Positions 19,828-30,165 of a DNA stretch of 64,000 bases are shown in pieces (the first letter of the stretch is position 1; each line of letters starts with the position of its first letter). The notes below the pieces were generated by a model. That model had not been told where the DNA came from. It did no database searches and saw nothing but the letters and a program-made list of their open reading frames with translations. Where the stretch lies: IMG/VR virus record IMGVR_UViG_3300045988_183789. One strand, written 5' to 3'. The position numbers and the translations under genes are program-made. This DNA comes from a virus.

Positions 19828-20298
19828 ATAACGATACGCACGTCATAGGGGCCTACGGGCTTCTGTGGCGTGCTTTTCTTGTTGTATAGGAACAATATTG
19901 GTCTAAGCATGAAATACCTCGTGGCAGGCGGCCTTGTGGCGCTGTGCATGGCAACAAAAGGAAATAATAAGACTGTGACTTACACGGACAGTCACACGCG
20001 TGTAAGCTATAGGTAAATCCTGTTGCACGGCGTGTAAGTTCTCTTTGTGTTGGATGAACTACGGCAATAGGCATGGTCCAGTACATCCGGCACGCGCTTC
20101 ATAGCGAGCAAGCTCTACCAGACATCATATCAGAGCAGCCAACCATGACACAGTTGGCAAGCAACTCTGTGTGGGAGCCGAGTGCGGCGTTCACGCGAAC
20201 CACAAATAGTAGAACGGAACTCGTTGTAAAAAGTGCCAGAATCAGCAAAAACTCACTGGAAAAATGTGATGCTTGCCACGCACGGAAAAGCGTGGTGA

Positions 20299-20327
20299 TT
20301 GATAAATACCGCAACATGTCGTATAAT
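20299..20327 (+). promoter_or_regulatory. Sigma-A-type promoter, TTGATA-17-TATAAT
   Basis: Near-consensus hexamers 45 nt upstream of the 20373 gene. Confidence 0.55.
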
Positions 20328-20372
20328 GTTATATTAGAGAAATTTGGCGTGTCCCATACAAAGGAGAATACG

Positions 20373-22520
20373 ATGGGCAAAGGCAAGGCAAAACGTAATA
20401 GCAAGAAACCAGCTGGCAGCTTCAAAGAACGATGCAAACGAGCGCTACTTAAAAATATAGCCGGATTCGGCGGCGAGATGGAGAAGGACCCAAGCGTTGC
20501 CTTTGAGTTTGACATTGACAATAAAACAATAGATAGGCGAGTAGAAGCCATTGCCGAAACACGAGATATGGCAGTAGCTATTGCCAAAGAATATATACCG
20601 GAAGACCTTGAGGTGAGATACGAGGACGAATGGGTCCGCCTGAATATGGTGATGACTCCTCCGTTCAACATAGGCGAGCGACAGTTCAATTACTCGCTCG
20701 CCGCTGCTATCTGGATGCTGGATGCCATCAGAGCGAACCACAAGATGGATGAAGCACTCGCTTTGTTGCCAAAAGACGAGGAACAGCTCGCATCTATCGA
20801 ACTACCGTCTTGTGTATCTCCTTGCTATAGTGAAGCTGTGATTCGCAGTATGGTTTATATCATTCTGCATCGAAACGAGGACTGTGTTGGCATCAATAAC
20901 CCGGAGAAGCCTCCGCTCAAGTATCCTGTCACTGATAGCTATACCGTTGCGGGTAAGCAGCATCAGAATGTACCGTCCAGAAATGTGTTTGATGCCATTA
21001 TTGGTTTGCTCCCGGAGGATAAGGTCGATAATGCTGTAAATACGTATGCAATACAGGTAAGAGGAGCCATAAGTCGTTATTTCTGTTGCCGCTCCAAGTG
21101 GGTCAAGGAAGAGAAGAAATGTCTGGATGAAATTCATCGCCTTGATGACGAGCTTAATAAAGTGAGCGATGAAGCAAATGCTTTTTCCCAAAAGACGCAT
21201 TCTATGGTCAAAGCAAAAGCCCTGCCGCTTGCTAAAAATAATATGCCTGGAGTCGGTACAAAAACAGAAATGACAATCGGGCTCCATTCTATTGCAGAAC
21301 GCGGAGAAACTATCGTTGCAAAGTTAGAGGCAATGCAAACCAAGCTCCAAAAGCTCAACGAGTTGGAAAGAGACTTTGCTTATGATAGTGCCGAATGCGC
21401 CTATTGGACAGAAGAAACATGGACAAAGAAATACTCGACGGCCGTAGCAAAACGTGCGGTGAAGTTTGAAGTCATGGACCCGTATGCAGTATGCTTCGCA
21501 TTCTATTACATGATAGATAACGGCGATAATCTTCCGTGGCTTTACTATCCATCCTGTGTGCTTCTCTCCCACGCAGCGGCACAACTACCGTGGTGTGGAG
21601 GAGCAGTCAAGCAATGCGTGGATGCAACAGGTCAAACCGCTTTCTATATTGATGCCAATACAGCCAAGCTCCATCTGATGGAAGACAACCTAACAAGCGA
21701 TAGTAGTGTTGTGCCAATCTGCTGGAATACGATGTCCTTGGTACAACAAGAAGGTGCAGACGCAAAGACTCCCGTGCGTATGACCCCGGCGGTCGCCGTA
21801 TACACCTATACCGATGGAGTCCTTGTTCCGCGTAACACAGCCAGCGCAGACCCGATAGAAGCAACACTTGCCGATTTGGGTGTGACAGCGCCAGAAGGTA
21901 GAGCTGTATACGCCGCATACATATCTCTACTGTCCAACCTAAAAGGCCGCATCGATTTTCCCAACGACGCAAAAGATGAGTGCGATGCTCTACGTGCCAA
22001 ATGCGATGCGTGTGAAGCAGAGATTGAGAAGCTCAAGAATAAGGATGAAAAGAATAAGCAGGGACTCTATAAAGCCGAAAAGACAATCAGTGAACTGACT
22101 ACTGCCATAGAGAAGGCTTCTGCAGAACACGAGAAAGAAAAGCAAGAGCTGAACGACCTTCGTGAGCTGGTGTTTGCGCTGACCAATGACGCAGACTCTG
22201 CCGCCAGGGAAGATACCAAGACGCAGATAGAGTTCCCGTACCACACCACCATGAAGCACATCGTCTTTGGCGGACATCCTTCCTGGCTGAAGGCAATACG
22301 GCCGATGGTGCCGGATGTGAAATTCGTGGATGGAGTTCCGAGCACTGAACAAATCAAGGGCGCGGACATCGTATGGCTGCAAACCAACTACCTCTCCCAT
22401 AAGGCTTTCTACAAAATCATCGACATTGTCCGCAGCAAGAACATCCCGCTGCGTTATTTCACTTCCGCCTCCGCTGCAAAATGCGCAGAGCAGGTAGTCA
22501 ATGCGGACCAGCAACAATAA
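20373..22520 (+). CDS. Hypothetical protein with a C-terminal coiled coil
   Basis: RBS AAAGGAGA lies 6 nt upstream of ATG 20373. About 715 aa. Confidence 0.5.
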   Translation: MGKGKAKRNSKKPAGSFKERCKRALLKNIAGFGGEMEKDPSVAFEFDIDNKTIDRRVEAIAETRDMAVAIAKEYIPEDLEVRYEDEWVRLNMVMTPPFNIGERQFNYSLAAAIWMLDAIRANHKMDEALALLPKDEEQLASIELPSCVSPCYSEAVIRSMVYIILHRNEDCVGINNPEKPPLKYPVTDSYTVAGKQHQNVPSRNVFDAIIGLLPEDKVDNAVNTYAIQVRGAISRYFCCRSKWVKEEKKCLDEIHRLDDELNKVSDEANAFSQKTHSMVKAKALPLAKNNMPGVGTKTEMTIGLHSIAERGETIVAKLEAMQTKLQKLNELERDFAYDSAECAYWTEETWTKKYSTAVAKRAVKFEVMDPYAVCFAFYYMIDNGDNLPWLYYPSCVLLSHAAAQLPWCGGAVKQCVDATGQTAFYIDANTAKLHLMEDNLTSDSSVVPICWNTMSLVQQEGADAKTPVRMTPAVAVYTYTDGVLVPRNTASADPIEATLADLGVTAPEGRAVYAAYISLLSNLKGRIDFPNDAKDECDALRAKCDACEAEIEKLKNKDEKNKQGLYKAEKTISELTTAIEKASAEHEKEKQELNDLRELVFALTNDADSAAREDTKTQIEFPYHTTMKHIVFGGHPSWLKAIRPMVPDVKFVDGVPSTEQIKGADIVWLQTNYLSHKAFYKIIDIVRSKNIPLRYFTSASAAKCAEQVVNADQQQ

Positions 22521-22657
22521 AAGCCGTTACTTGCTTCAGTTCAGAACAAACTATCTACGAACTTGCTAATACTTGCTAAATCTTTGCTACAAGCCGCTTT
22601 CGCAATTTTGAAAATTTTCTCTGAAAAAATCTCTGTTTTATAAAAGAGGGGATTGGT

Positions 22658-23464
22658 ATGAGCATCATTCGAGCAGAAGTCTCAGGATACCGTCACATCG
22701 GATACTATGATTCAGAATTTGTCATCAAAGGCATCTTACACATTGATACCAGGCAATACAACTTCCTACACTACGACGGAGCCTTTGGATTCTCTCGTCT
22801 TGAAATCAAAGCTGGAAAGTTGAAAGCCTCCTACGACGAAGCAGAAGGCTTCCAGATGCAGCAGGGAAAAGAGGCCCCGGAAGGCGGGCTTCTGAATGTG
22901 AACCGAAAGGATGCTATCAAGCAAATACAGGAAGCAGCGACTTCCTATCTAACAACAGACCTCAATGCCTGGGCGGAATACTTCAACCTTGCAACTCGCA
23001 GCGCTGGGCCATTTGCCTACACCTTAACACAGTGCATTGCCTTTCCGACTGAAAAATACCGCTGCACGATAACACCCGCATCACCTTACTGTGAGCTGAT
23101 TTATAATTTCGGCTTTGATGAAGAATACCCAAGAGTCGAATCTCCGCTGTTCCCAGGCGAAGAACTGTTCGACACAAAGATTGACCTTGACTTTATCGAA
23201 GGACCAGCCAGATGGCTCTATAGTATCCTGCTTTTGGATGACGAAGAGCACGAGCTTCCACTCAATAAGGACTATTCCCGTATCGTCAGCTTAGAGATGG
23301 CCCTCGACTGCAAACTGACCTTTGAGGGCTTCCAAGACGATGAACAGATGGGGCAACGCAAGAACTTGATTCTCTTTTCAGATGTTATGAGAGAGAAGAA
23401 ACAAAGAGAGTTTGATTCTGCTTATCAGCGTGAGAAGGAAAACCTTGAGAGCCGCAAACCATAA
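22658..23464 (+). CDS. Hypothetical protein
   Basis: RBS AAAAGAGGGGA. Confidence 0.45.
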   Translation: MSIIRAEVSGYRHIGYYDSEFVIKGILHIDTRQYNFLHYDGAFGFSRLEIKAGKLKASYDEAEGFQMQQGKEAPEGGLLNVNRKDAIKQIQEAATSYLTTDLNAWAEYFNLATRSAGPFAYTLTQCIAFPTEKYRCTITPASPYCELIYNFGFDEEYPRVESPLFPGEELFDTKIDLDFIEGPARWLYSILLLDDEEHELPLNKDYSRIVSLEMALDCKLTFEGFQDDEQMGQRKNLILFSDVMREKKQREFDSAYQREKENLESRKP

Positions 23465-23575
23465 AGCACGCTACGTGCTATAAATACAAACATCGTCATG
23501 CGGAAAATGAAAACGAGTTGTGCATAGGGCGATAAACTATACAGAGACACATCGTACTCAGAAAGAGGCATCTTC

Positions 23576-24028
23576 ATGGCACTTACAGACCATAACTCGA
23601 AGCAGTTCGAGGGAAACATCATCAGATTGCAGCTTCGTACCACCTGTACGAAACTAAGTCTCGATGCAGAACCGAACAAAGAATCAGAGCAGCGGCTCAT
23701 TGTGGCAGAACAGGGAGGTCATGTATATCTCGAACAGCTCGAATATCTGGATGAAGACGAACCGGTCCGAGACCACTACACCATCCATCATCTACCGGCT
23801 GATGCAATACATTCCGTGTTCGAGAAAGTAAAACATGATTTGCCGATGCTCCTGCAGACGGAGGACAGCCATCATACCGACCGCTGGTATCTGACCCTGA
23901 CAAACGATGCAGGGGAGCAGTATCTTTATCGCGGCCGAGTAGGCCTTAGCCAGTACAAAGAACTTTCAGATTACCTCCGCACAGCTCTTCACTTTCTGAC
24001 TTATGGGCGTTTATCAAAGAAAAACTGA
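23576..24028 (+). CDS. Hypothetical protein
   Basis: RBS AAAGAGG. Confidence 0.45.
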   Translation: MALTDHNSKQFEGNIIRLQLRTTCTKLSLDAEPNKESEQRLIVAEQGGHVYLEQLEYLDEDEPVRDHYTIHHLPADAIHSVFEKVKHDLPMLLQTEDSHHTDRWYLTLTNDAGEQYLYRGRVGLSQYKELSDYLRTALHFLTYGRLSKKN

Positions 24029-24109
24029 AGAATCTGTAACATTCTTGCCGCCAACATTGGTTGTTGATACCGTAATTGATATAATACAGATAGAAAAGGA
24101 GTGAATGAC

Positions 24110-25810
24110 GTGGCAAAGAACAACATCCCGGAGACTATGACAGTGGGCGCATTGTACGATAAGTACGCCGAACGCATGGCGCTATTTGCGAGCCGAAGCA
24201 AAGCGTGCATAGAGTTGTCCGGCAAATACTACAGTGAGCATCAGGATAAGGTAGATAAGCATATCAAAGCAATCTGCCACGGAGAGAAAACGCTCCAGTA
24301 CATATTAGGCTTAGATACAGTGCAGAGCCGCAATGCAGTCCTATGCCTGGCATGTATTCTAAGCAGCGACGAAGATGATAAGCCACAGTTTACCGAAGAC
24401 CTCCTATCAACCTATCTGAAAAACACGAAGAAAGAAAAATTGCCTGCGATTAACGAGAAGGCGCTCGAAGCAGTATACAGTAAGATAGAGTCAACCCCTG
24501 ATGACGACAAGAGCAAGCAAACCATAGCGTATGACGCTTTTACAGAACATAAACTGAATCCGCCATCCAGAGCCTTCTTTGCGGTATATGCACCGCGATA
24601 CAAGAATTTCGATTCTTGCAGCAATGACATCTACACCAATGCACTCTTGGCGATGATGCTGCTCGGTAATATCAATACCACTGCCAAGGTTCGCTACATG
24701 GAACGCTACGACTATTTGTATCGAACCATAGTACGGCCGCGATTTGCTGCTAAAAGCTTCGGTGCCACCTGGATTAACGACTCCAATACGATGCGCCGGA
24801 AAACAGGTATAGAGCGCGATGAAGAAAACGCTCTCCAGATGCCTCTTATCGCGACACTCACGGCCAGTGGCGTAATGAACCAGCAAAGAATGGATAAGCA
24901 GGTGCTGTCCAAGGAAATGCTGATGCACATGGCAGTCGCTGCTTATACGGCTGCCGGTATCGATAAAGTAGATGCACCGCTTGAGAAGGTATGGGAAGCG
25001 ATTGACGCAGAAAACGAATCTGCTTACGATGACGAAACCATACAGATAGCAAAAGAGAAAGTGAAAATATTCCGTACTGCACTCTTTAATGCTACTTACT
25101 ATACGATGCTTTGCGAGCAAACGAAGAAAACTGTGCTGGAAGGATTACAGGACTACTTCTTCAATCCGCAGGGGACCCGCCTAAACAATGAACTGAAGAA
25201 GTGCAAGCGACAGATGGAACGGGACGGTGAGCTGCTGAAACAGCAGAAAGAGTCTCTGAAGGAATACAAGGTCCGCGCCGATGCAGCAGAGCGTGCGGCC
25301 GAGGATGCCAGGAATCGCTATGCAGGCATCCAATCCAAGGTCGAGTCCCAGCAAAAGCAAATCACAGACCTTGAGGAACAACTCAAAGCCCTGCGGGAAG
25401 AGAACGCCAGGCTGCGTCAGCAGCTTCCAGCTCAACCGACCGAAGAAAGAGTAGAGGCTGCCACGGCGGAACCAGACATCAACTATGAGGAGGAACTTTC
25501 AAAAATCTTCTCGGCTAAGAAAATCGTCTTCGTTGGTGGGCATCCAAACATCATGGGCAAATTCGCTCAGAAATACCCGGAAGCAGCTGTCGTCGAGAAA
25601 GATAAGGCGATGACGGCCGATAGGCAATTGGACGGTGCGGCCGCCGTACTCTTCAAGACTGACAGCATGGGCCATAAAGAGTATACGCCAATCAAAGACC
25701 TCGCCGGACGAAAAGGTGTTCCGGTAGGCTATATCCGTGACGTCACATCGCTGAACCTTGTAGAGCAGAGCGTATACGAGGAACTCAAAAAACTGAATAT
25801 CACAGAATAA
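24110..25810 (+). CDS. Hypothetical protein with a central coiled coil
   Basis: RBS AAAGGAG. Start uncertain; GTG 24110 has the best spacing. Confidence 0.45.
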   Translation: MAKNNIPETMTVGALYDKYAERMALFASRSKACIELSGKYYSEHQDKVDKHIKAICHGEKTLQYILGLDTVQSRNAVLCLACILSSDEDDKPQFTEDLLSTYLKNTKKEKLPAINEKALEAVYSKIESTPDDDKSKQTIAYDAFTEHKLNPPSRAFFAVYAPRYKNFDSCSNDIYTNALLAMMLLGNINTTAKVRYMERYDYLYRTIVRPRFAAKSFGATWINDSNTMRRKTGIERDEENALQMPLIATLTASGVMNQQRMDKQVLSKEMLMHMAVAAYTAAGIDKVDAPLEKVWEAIDAENESAYDDETIQIAKEKVKIFRTALFNATYYTMLCEQTKKTVLEGLQDYFFNPQGTRLNNELKKCKRQMERDGELLKQQKESLKEYKVRADAAERAAEDARNRYAGIQSKVESQQKQITDLEEQLKALREENARLRQQLPAQPTEERVEAATAEPDINYEEELSKIFSAKKIVFVGGHPNIMGKFAQKYPEAAVVEKDKAMTADRQLDGAAAVLFKTDSMGHKEYTPIKDLAGRKGVPVGYIRDVTSLNLVEQSVYEELKKLNITE

Positions 25811-25816
25811 AGTAAA

Positions 25817-25850
25817 AGAGGGGAGCCAAACAAGCTCCTCTCTTTCTTTT
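25817..25850 (+). terminator. Rho-independent terminator
   Basis: AGAGGGGAGC-CAAACAA-GCTCCTCTCT followed by TTTCTTTT. Confidence 0.6.
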
Positions 25851-26005
25851 GTCAAGGTCTTCCACAGTTGTAGAGTAACTAATGGGATTGCAAACGGCAA
25901 ATTCTTCCATACCCCTTGCATCCCACCACTTGATAGGCTATAATAACAACAGTCGGTTGTTATATGCGAATTAGGAACCATCTGTACGAATTGAGGTTGT
26001 ATATT

Positions 26006-27274
26006 ATGGCAAAAGAGCGAGCCATCCTTCATTGCGATATGAACTGTTTCTATGCCAGCTGCGAGATGGCCTACCATCCCGAATTGCGGGACAAGCCGAT
26101 TGCAGTATGCGGTGACCCAGAGCGACGGAGCGGCATCGTATTGACAGCTTCGTATCCGGCCAAGCGGATGGGGGTAAAAACCGGTATGCCGCTTTGGGAG
26201 GCGCAGCAGCATTGCAGAGACATCACCTTTATCCCGGCTCACTATGACCTATACACCCGATTCAGTGGCTATACAAGAGAAATCTTCCTTCGCTACACAG
26301 ACCAGGTCGAACCGTTTGGTTTGGATGAGGCCTGGCTCGATTGTACCGCGAGTCAGTCTCTCTTTGGGACAGGGGAGGAGATAGCAAAGAAAATCTCCGA
26401 CACCGTCAAGGACGAACTCGGCATTACCTGCTCGGTCGGAGTCAGCTGGAACAAGACGATGGCAAAGCTCGGCTCGGACTATAAAAAGCCGGATGCCATT
26501 ACGGTCATCAATAGGCAGAACTTTGAGAAGATAGTATGGCCGCTGCCTGCTTCAGATTTGCTATATGTTGGGAGAAAGACAGCCGCCAAGTTAGACAACT
26601 ATGCTATTCATACCATTGGAGACTTGGCAAAGACAAGACCCCAGTTTTTGCAGGAGAAGCTCGGCAAGGTAGGACTCTTGCTCTGGAGATTTGCCAACGG
26701 CCTGGATTCTGACCCGGTGGCGAAGTACGAGCAGCGGGAGGTGCTTGCTCCCATCAAGAGCATCGGAAATAGCTGGACGACACCACGGGACTTAAAGACC
26801 GACCAGGATGTTTGGATAGTGCTTTACCTGCTCGCAGAGAGTGTCGCGGCACGCCTCCGAGAGAGCCATTTCCGATGCCGAGGCGTGGAGGTGAGTTTGA
26901 GGGACTCCAACCTGTTCAGCTTCGAGCACCAGATGAAGCTGTCCCTGCCGACGATGCAGGAGCAGGAGATAGCGACGGCCGCGTTCACGTTATATAAAAA
27001 GCACTATCATTGGAGCGAGCATCTTCGTTCCATTGGCGTGCGGGCCATAGACCTACAGCCGGATACGGAGCCTTGCCAAATCTCGTTCGACTTCAGTGCC
27101 GAAAAGCAAGAAGAGATGGAACGCTTAGAATCTGCCATTGATGGTGTCCGAAATAGATTTGGATACTATTCCGTGCAGCGAGCCGTGATGTATAAGGACC
27201 GACTCCTCTCACATTGCGACGCGAGGGCAGACCATACGATTCACCCACACGGATACTTACAAGGGAGCATATAA
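26006..27274 (+). CDS. Y-family DNA polymerase (DinB/UmuC/ImpB family)
   Basis: N-terminus AILHCDMNCFYASCE with the conserved D and CFYAS motif, typical of Y-family catalytic cores. About 420 aa. Confidence 0.85.
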   Translation: MAKERAILHCDMNCFYASCEMAYHPELRDKPIAVCGDPERRSGIVLTASYPAKRMGVKTGMPLWEAQQHCRDITFIPAHYDLYTRFSGYTREIFLRYTDQVEPFGLDEAWLDCTASQSLFGTGEEIAKKISDTVKDELGITCSVGVSWNKTMAKLGSDYKKPDAITVINRQNFEKIVWPLPASDLLYVGRKTAAKLDNYAIHTIGDLAKTRPQFLQEKLGKVGLLLWRFANGLDSDPVAKYEQREVLAPIKSIGNSWTTPRDLKTDQDVWIVLYLLAESVAARLRESHFRCRGVEVSLRDSNLFSFEHQMKLSLPTMQEQEIATAAFTLYKKHYHWSEHLRSIGVRAIDLQPDTEPCQISFDFSAEKQEEMERLESAIDGVRNRFGYYSVQRAVMYKDRLLSHCDARADHTIHPHGYLQGSI

Positions 27275-27277
27275 TCC

Positions 27278-27550
27278 ATGCCAGAACAGAGAATCAAGAA
27301 ATATGTTGAGGTCATCGCTGACTTTCAGCCGGACGGAACGCTCATACCACAGACCGTTATCTGGGATACGGGCCAACGCTTCGACATCACAAACATTTCG
27401 GAGGTGATGCCGCGCAAATACTCTAAAACCGGCGGCGTGGGAGTACGCTATACATGCCAGATTGGCAGAGCCAGCACATATCTATATTATGAAGTAGATA
27501 AATGGTTCGTGGAAGCACGAAAAAGCGCCACAGCAGCAGACCCTTGTTAA
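27278..27550 (+). CDS. Small protein co-transcribed with the Y-family polymerase. Possibly a YolD-like accessory factor
   Basis: Starts 1 nt after the polymerase stop. 90 aa. Confidence 0.35.
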   Translation: MPEQRIKKYVEVIADFQPDGTLIPQTVIWDTGQRFDITNISEVMPRKYSKTGGVGVRYTCQIGRASTYLYYEVDKWFVEARKSATAADPC

Positions 27551-27572
27551 GGCCCACCACCGTGGCGTGTGG

Positions 27573-27881
27573 TTAACATAATACCGCGTCTCTGACATCC
27601 ATGTAATCCCAGATGATGTCGAGCACTTTCTTTTTAGGGGTATCCTCCTCAAGTTGAGAGGTGTTCCGCAGGAGTTCATGCACAGATAAGCCAAGATACT
27701 CAGCAATCTGCTTCATCTGCGGATACGTCGCAAGTATACGGCCGCATAAAAACCTTTCTGCCTCGACTTCCTGGCATCCGAGCAGGGAAGCAACAGAGGA
27801 CACTGAAACATTCCGCTCTTCCATTTTCTGCCTGATATAAGCACCCAGCATTCGTGCATTTGGCACAAGAATCACCTCCAA
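27573..27881 (-). CDS. XRE-family HTH transcriptional regulator
   Basis: HTH segment VSVSSVASLLGCQEVEAERFLCGR. Confidence 0.55.
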   Translation of the reverse strand: MEVILVPNARMLGAYIRQKMEERNVSVSSVASLLGCQEVEAERFLCGRILATYPQMKQIAEYLGLSVHELLRNTSQLEEDTPKKKVLDIIWDYMDVRDAVLC

Positions 27882-27887
27882 ATAAGG

Positions 27888-28283
27888 TCAAGCCTCCTCG
27901 TCAGGAGACTCAGTGTCTTCACTCGCCAAATGACGCATAGCGCGGCGGAACTCGACCAGCTCTTTCTTTGTCAGAGCGTTTGTAACCATAGCGGCGTAGA
28001 ACTCCGGACGGCTCATAGCTGCGACAAAGGTTCTCGCATAGGTCTTACCTGCGCGAACCATACCATCTTCCTTAATACAGCCTTTCTTCATCAAGGAATT
28101 GATGATGGCGAAGATGGAACGCTCTTTCCAGAACAGGTCACCATTCTCTTTCACATGGTCAAGGATATCCTGCTGGCACAGCGGCTTTTTGCTGTTCCAG
28201 AAAGCTTTCATAACGGTTTCCTCTGCGGGAGTCAGATGATACGGACGGGGCGCATGGCTGGAAGCTGCCATAGAAAACACCAA
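27888..28283 (-). CDS. BlaI/MecI/CopY-family winged-helix repressor
   Basis: N-terminal LTPAEETVMKAFWNSKKPLCQQDILDHV, typical of BlaI-family wHTH. 131 aa. Confidence 0.55.
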   Translation of the reverse strand: MVFSMAASSHAPRPYHLTPAEETVMKAFWNSKKPLCQQDILDHVKENGDLFWKERSIFAIINSLMKKGCIKEDGMVRAGKTYARTFVAAMSRPEFYAAMVTNALTKKELVEFRRAMRHLASEDTESPDEEA

Positions 28284-28413
28284 CTTTCATTGCTATTCTG
28301 TAATGCTGATTTTAATTATACGGAATTGCGCTAATTCGTCAATATCGTCACTTTATTTGTGAGCGGAATTGACAAAAAATGATAAATTGTCCAATTGACA
28401 GAAAGGAGCCTGT

Positions 28414-28938
28414 ATGGGAAAATTTAAGAAGCAAACATGCTGCTTTACGGGGCATCGAAACATCCCGCCGGGAGAGCAGACAAAGATTCTAACCAGAGTA
28501 AGGCATCGGCTTATCCCACTCATCCAGAGCGGAATTATCTACTATGGAGTAGGCGGTGCTTTAGGATTCGATACCCTCGTAGCGGAGATGCTCATTGAGC
28601 TGAAGAAAGAAAACGGCCGCCTGCGCATCATCGAGGTGCTTCCTTTTGAAGGCTACCGCGACCGATGGACTCCAGAACAGCAGCTCCATGCTAAGAACTT
28701 AGACAAAAAGATGGACAAAATCGTCTATGTCAGTAAAGAGCCGAGCAAGAGTGCTTACTTGACCCGTGACAGGCATCTGGTCGATTGCTCAGACTATTGC
28801 ATTTCTTACTGCACGAAGCAGACAGGCGGCACAGCTTATACTGTGAAATACGCGCTTGAGAAACAGCTGACAGTCTATAACGCATCGTCGTTTGATGTGA
28901 CAGCATTACTCGGAGCAGCACCTCTCCATCACAAATAA
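28414..28938 (+). CDS. DUF1273 / YpsA-YoqJ-family SLOG-domain protein
   Basis: N-terminal CCFTGHR motif characteristic of the family. Confidence 0.65.
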   Translation: MGKFKKQTCCFTGHRNIPPGEQTKILTRVRHRLIPLIQSGIIYYGVGGALGFDTLVAEMLIELKKENGRLRIIEVLPFEGYRDRWTPEQQLHAKNLDKKMDKIVYVSKEPSKSAYLTRDRHLVDCSDYCISYCTKQTGGTAYTVKYALEKQLTVYNASSFDVTALLGAAPLHHK

Positions 28939-29097
28939 CAGCAGCCGCCAGAATTTTGGAGGCTTTTTGTATATAGCGGTTTACATTTTTATAGAAAATA
29001 TCTCTTTATAGAGTGACCCCACAAAGAAAGGAGGCAGGGACTCGGCCGACCACCACGAACTTGGAAGAAACACAAATAAAGAAAGGACCTGTAAAAG

Positions 29098-29487
29098 ATG
29101 ACGGAAATGAACATGAACGGATACGATTATCTCTTTACCAGCAAGGAAGGCCAGGAAGCACTCAAGGGGCTCCAGCGTTACGGCGTGAACGACCTGACTC
29201 CGTATGAGGACTGGCAGCTTGAGTTTTATCTTGACAATCCTCTGCCGTGGCCCAGATGCTGCGAACTGTTTGGGCAGTACGCCAAATACATCGCAACCCA
29301 TGATGAAATGCCGTTCGATGCTTGGCTCGCAACAATTGAGTATGACCCAGCGTTGAGTGACGGTGAGAGGGAAGACTTCGACTATTCTGAATATGACAAG
29401 GACCCCCTTGTCATCAACTTCTCTGTGGGGCAGCGCCTCGACAGGGGAGAGAATTTCGATGGAGACCCGGAAGTTCTCGAATGCTGA
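29098..29487 (+). CDS. Hypothetical acidic protein
   Basis: 129-aa ORF. Confidence 0.4.
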   Translation: MTEMNMNGYDYLFTSKEGQEALKGLQRYGVNDLTPYEDWQLEFYLDNPLPWPRCCELFGQYAKYIATHDEMPFDAWLATIEYDPALSDGEREDFDYSEYDKDPLVINFSVGQRLDRGENFDGDPEVLEC

Positions 29488-29493
29488 AAAGGT

Positions 29494-29907
29494 TCAGGTA
29501 TCCAGCATAAGATAATAGTCGCCTACCAAGACATCACCAACCTGCATGGTTGTGTTCTTGTCAGGCTCAATATGATGCGCCTGGCAGAATGCCTGCATCT
29601 CAGGTGTCAGAACAGACTGTATCACAATCCTGGGAACGCCGACCTCGGTGCATATCTTCTTCAGTTCTTCCAGAACAGAAGTCATCGTACCACGACGCTT
29701 ATGAGTAAAGCCAACGCGGGACACGACAAGCTCGAAATCACCCAGAAAAGAGACTCGCAGCTCATTGAGTTCATCATCCGATGTAATCCATACAGTGCCA
29801 AACGATACATCCGCCTGGCACTTGCAGTTTTGCTTTGACTCTATGATAGCTTGAAGCCGTTCAATCTGCTCGTTTGAAAGACACAGTCTCTGCATTGAGG
29901 TTTGCAT
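29494..29907 (-). CDS. Possible GNAT-fold acetyltransferase
   Basis: Motif-A-like HKRRGTMTSVLEEL. Confidence 0.3.
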   Translation of the reverse strand: MQTSMQRLCLSNEQIERLQAIIESKQNCKCQADVSFGTVWITSDDELNELRVSFLGDFELVVSRVGFTHKRRGTMTSVLEELKKICTEVGVPRIVIQSVLTPEMQAFCQAHHIEPDKNTTMQVGDVLVGDYYLMLDT

Positions 29908-30046
29908 TACACATCATTCCTCTCATTTTCTATACCCATTATACCATATCATAATAAATCTTGACAGTGTGTGATGAATTGTTTACAAACACTTCACTGT
30001 CCCAAAAGAAAACGCAAAACCAGCAACATATAATAAGAAGCATTAA

Positions 30047-30075
30047 GCTCGACCCAAAGCGGTCGGGCTTTTTTG
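30047..30075 (+). terminator. Rho-independent terminator
   Basis: GCTCGACC-CAAAGC-GGTCGGGC followed by TTTTTTG. Confidence 0.6.
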
Positions 30076-30104
30076 TTGCCAAAACGTGCGAATTGGCAAC
30101 AATA
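30076..30104 (+). promoter_or_regulatory. GCGAATTG-box promoter, copy i
   Basis: TTGCCA aaacGTGCGAATTGgca ACAATA. Confidence 0.5.
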
Positions 30105-30165
30105 TCCATTGCAATGGTTGTCACATTATAACTTTTTCGCAAAATATCAGCAAAGGTGTGATACA

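Noticed and set aside
28320-28400. Possible extra copy of the GCGAATTG promoter (gtgagcggaattgacaaaaaatgataaattg) upstream of the SLOG gene
   Set aside because: The box is only partially conserved (GCGGAATTG) and no AnAATA hexamer sits at the right spacing. It may be a diverged copy but was not counted.
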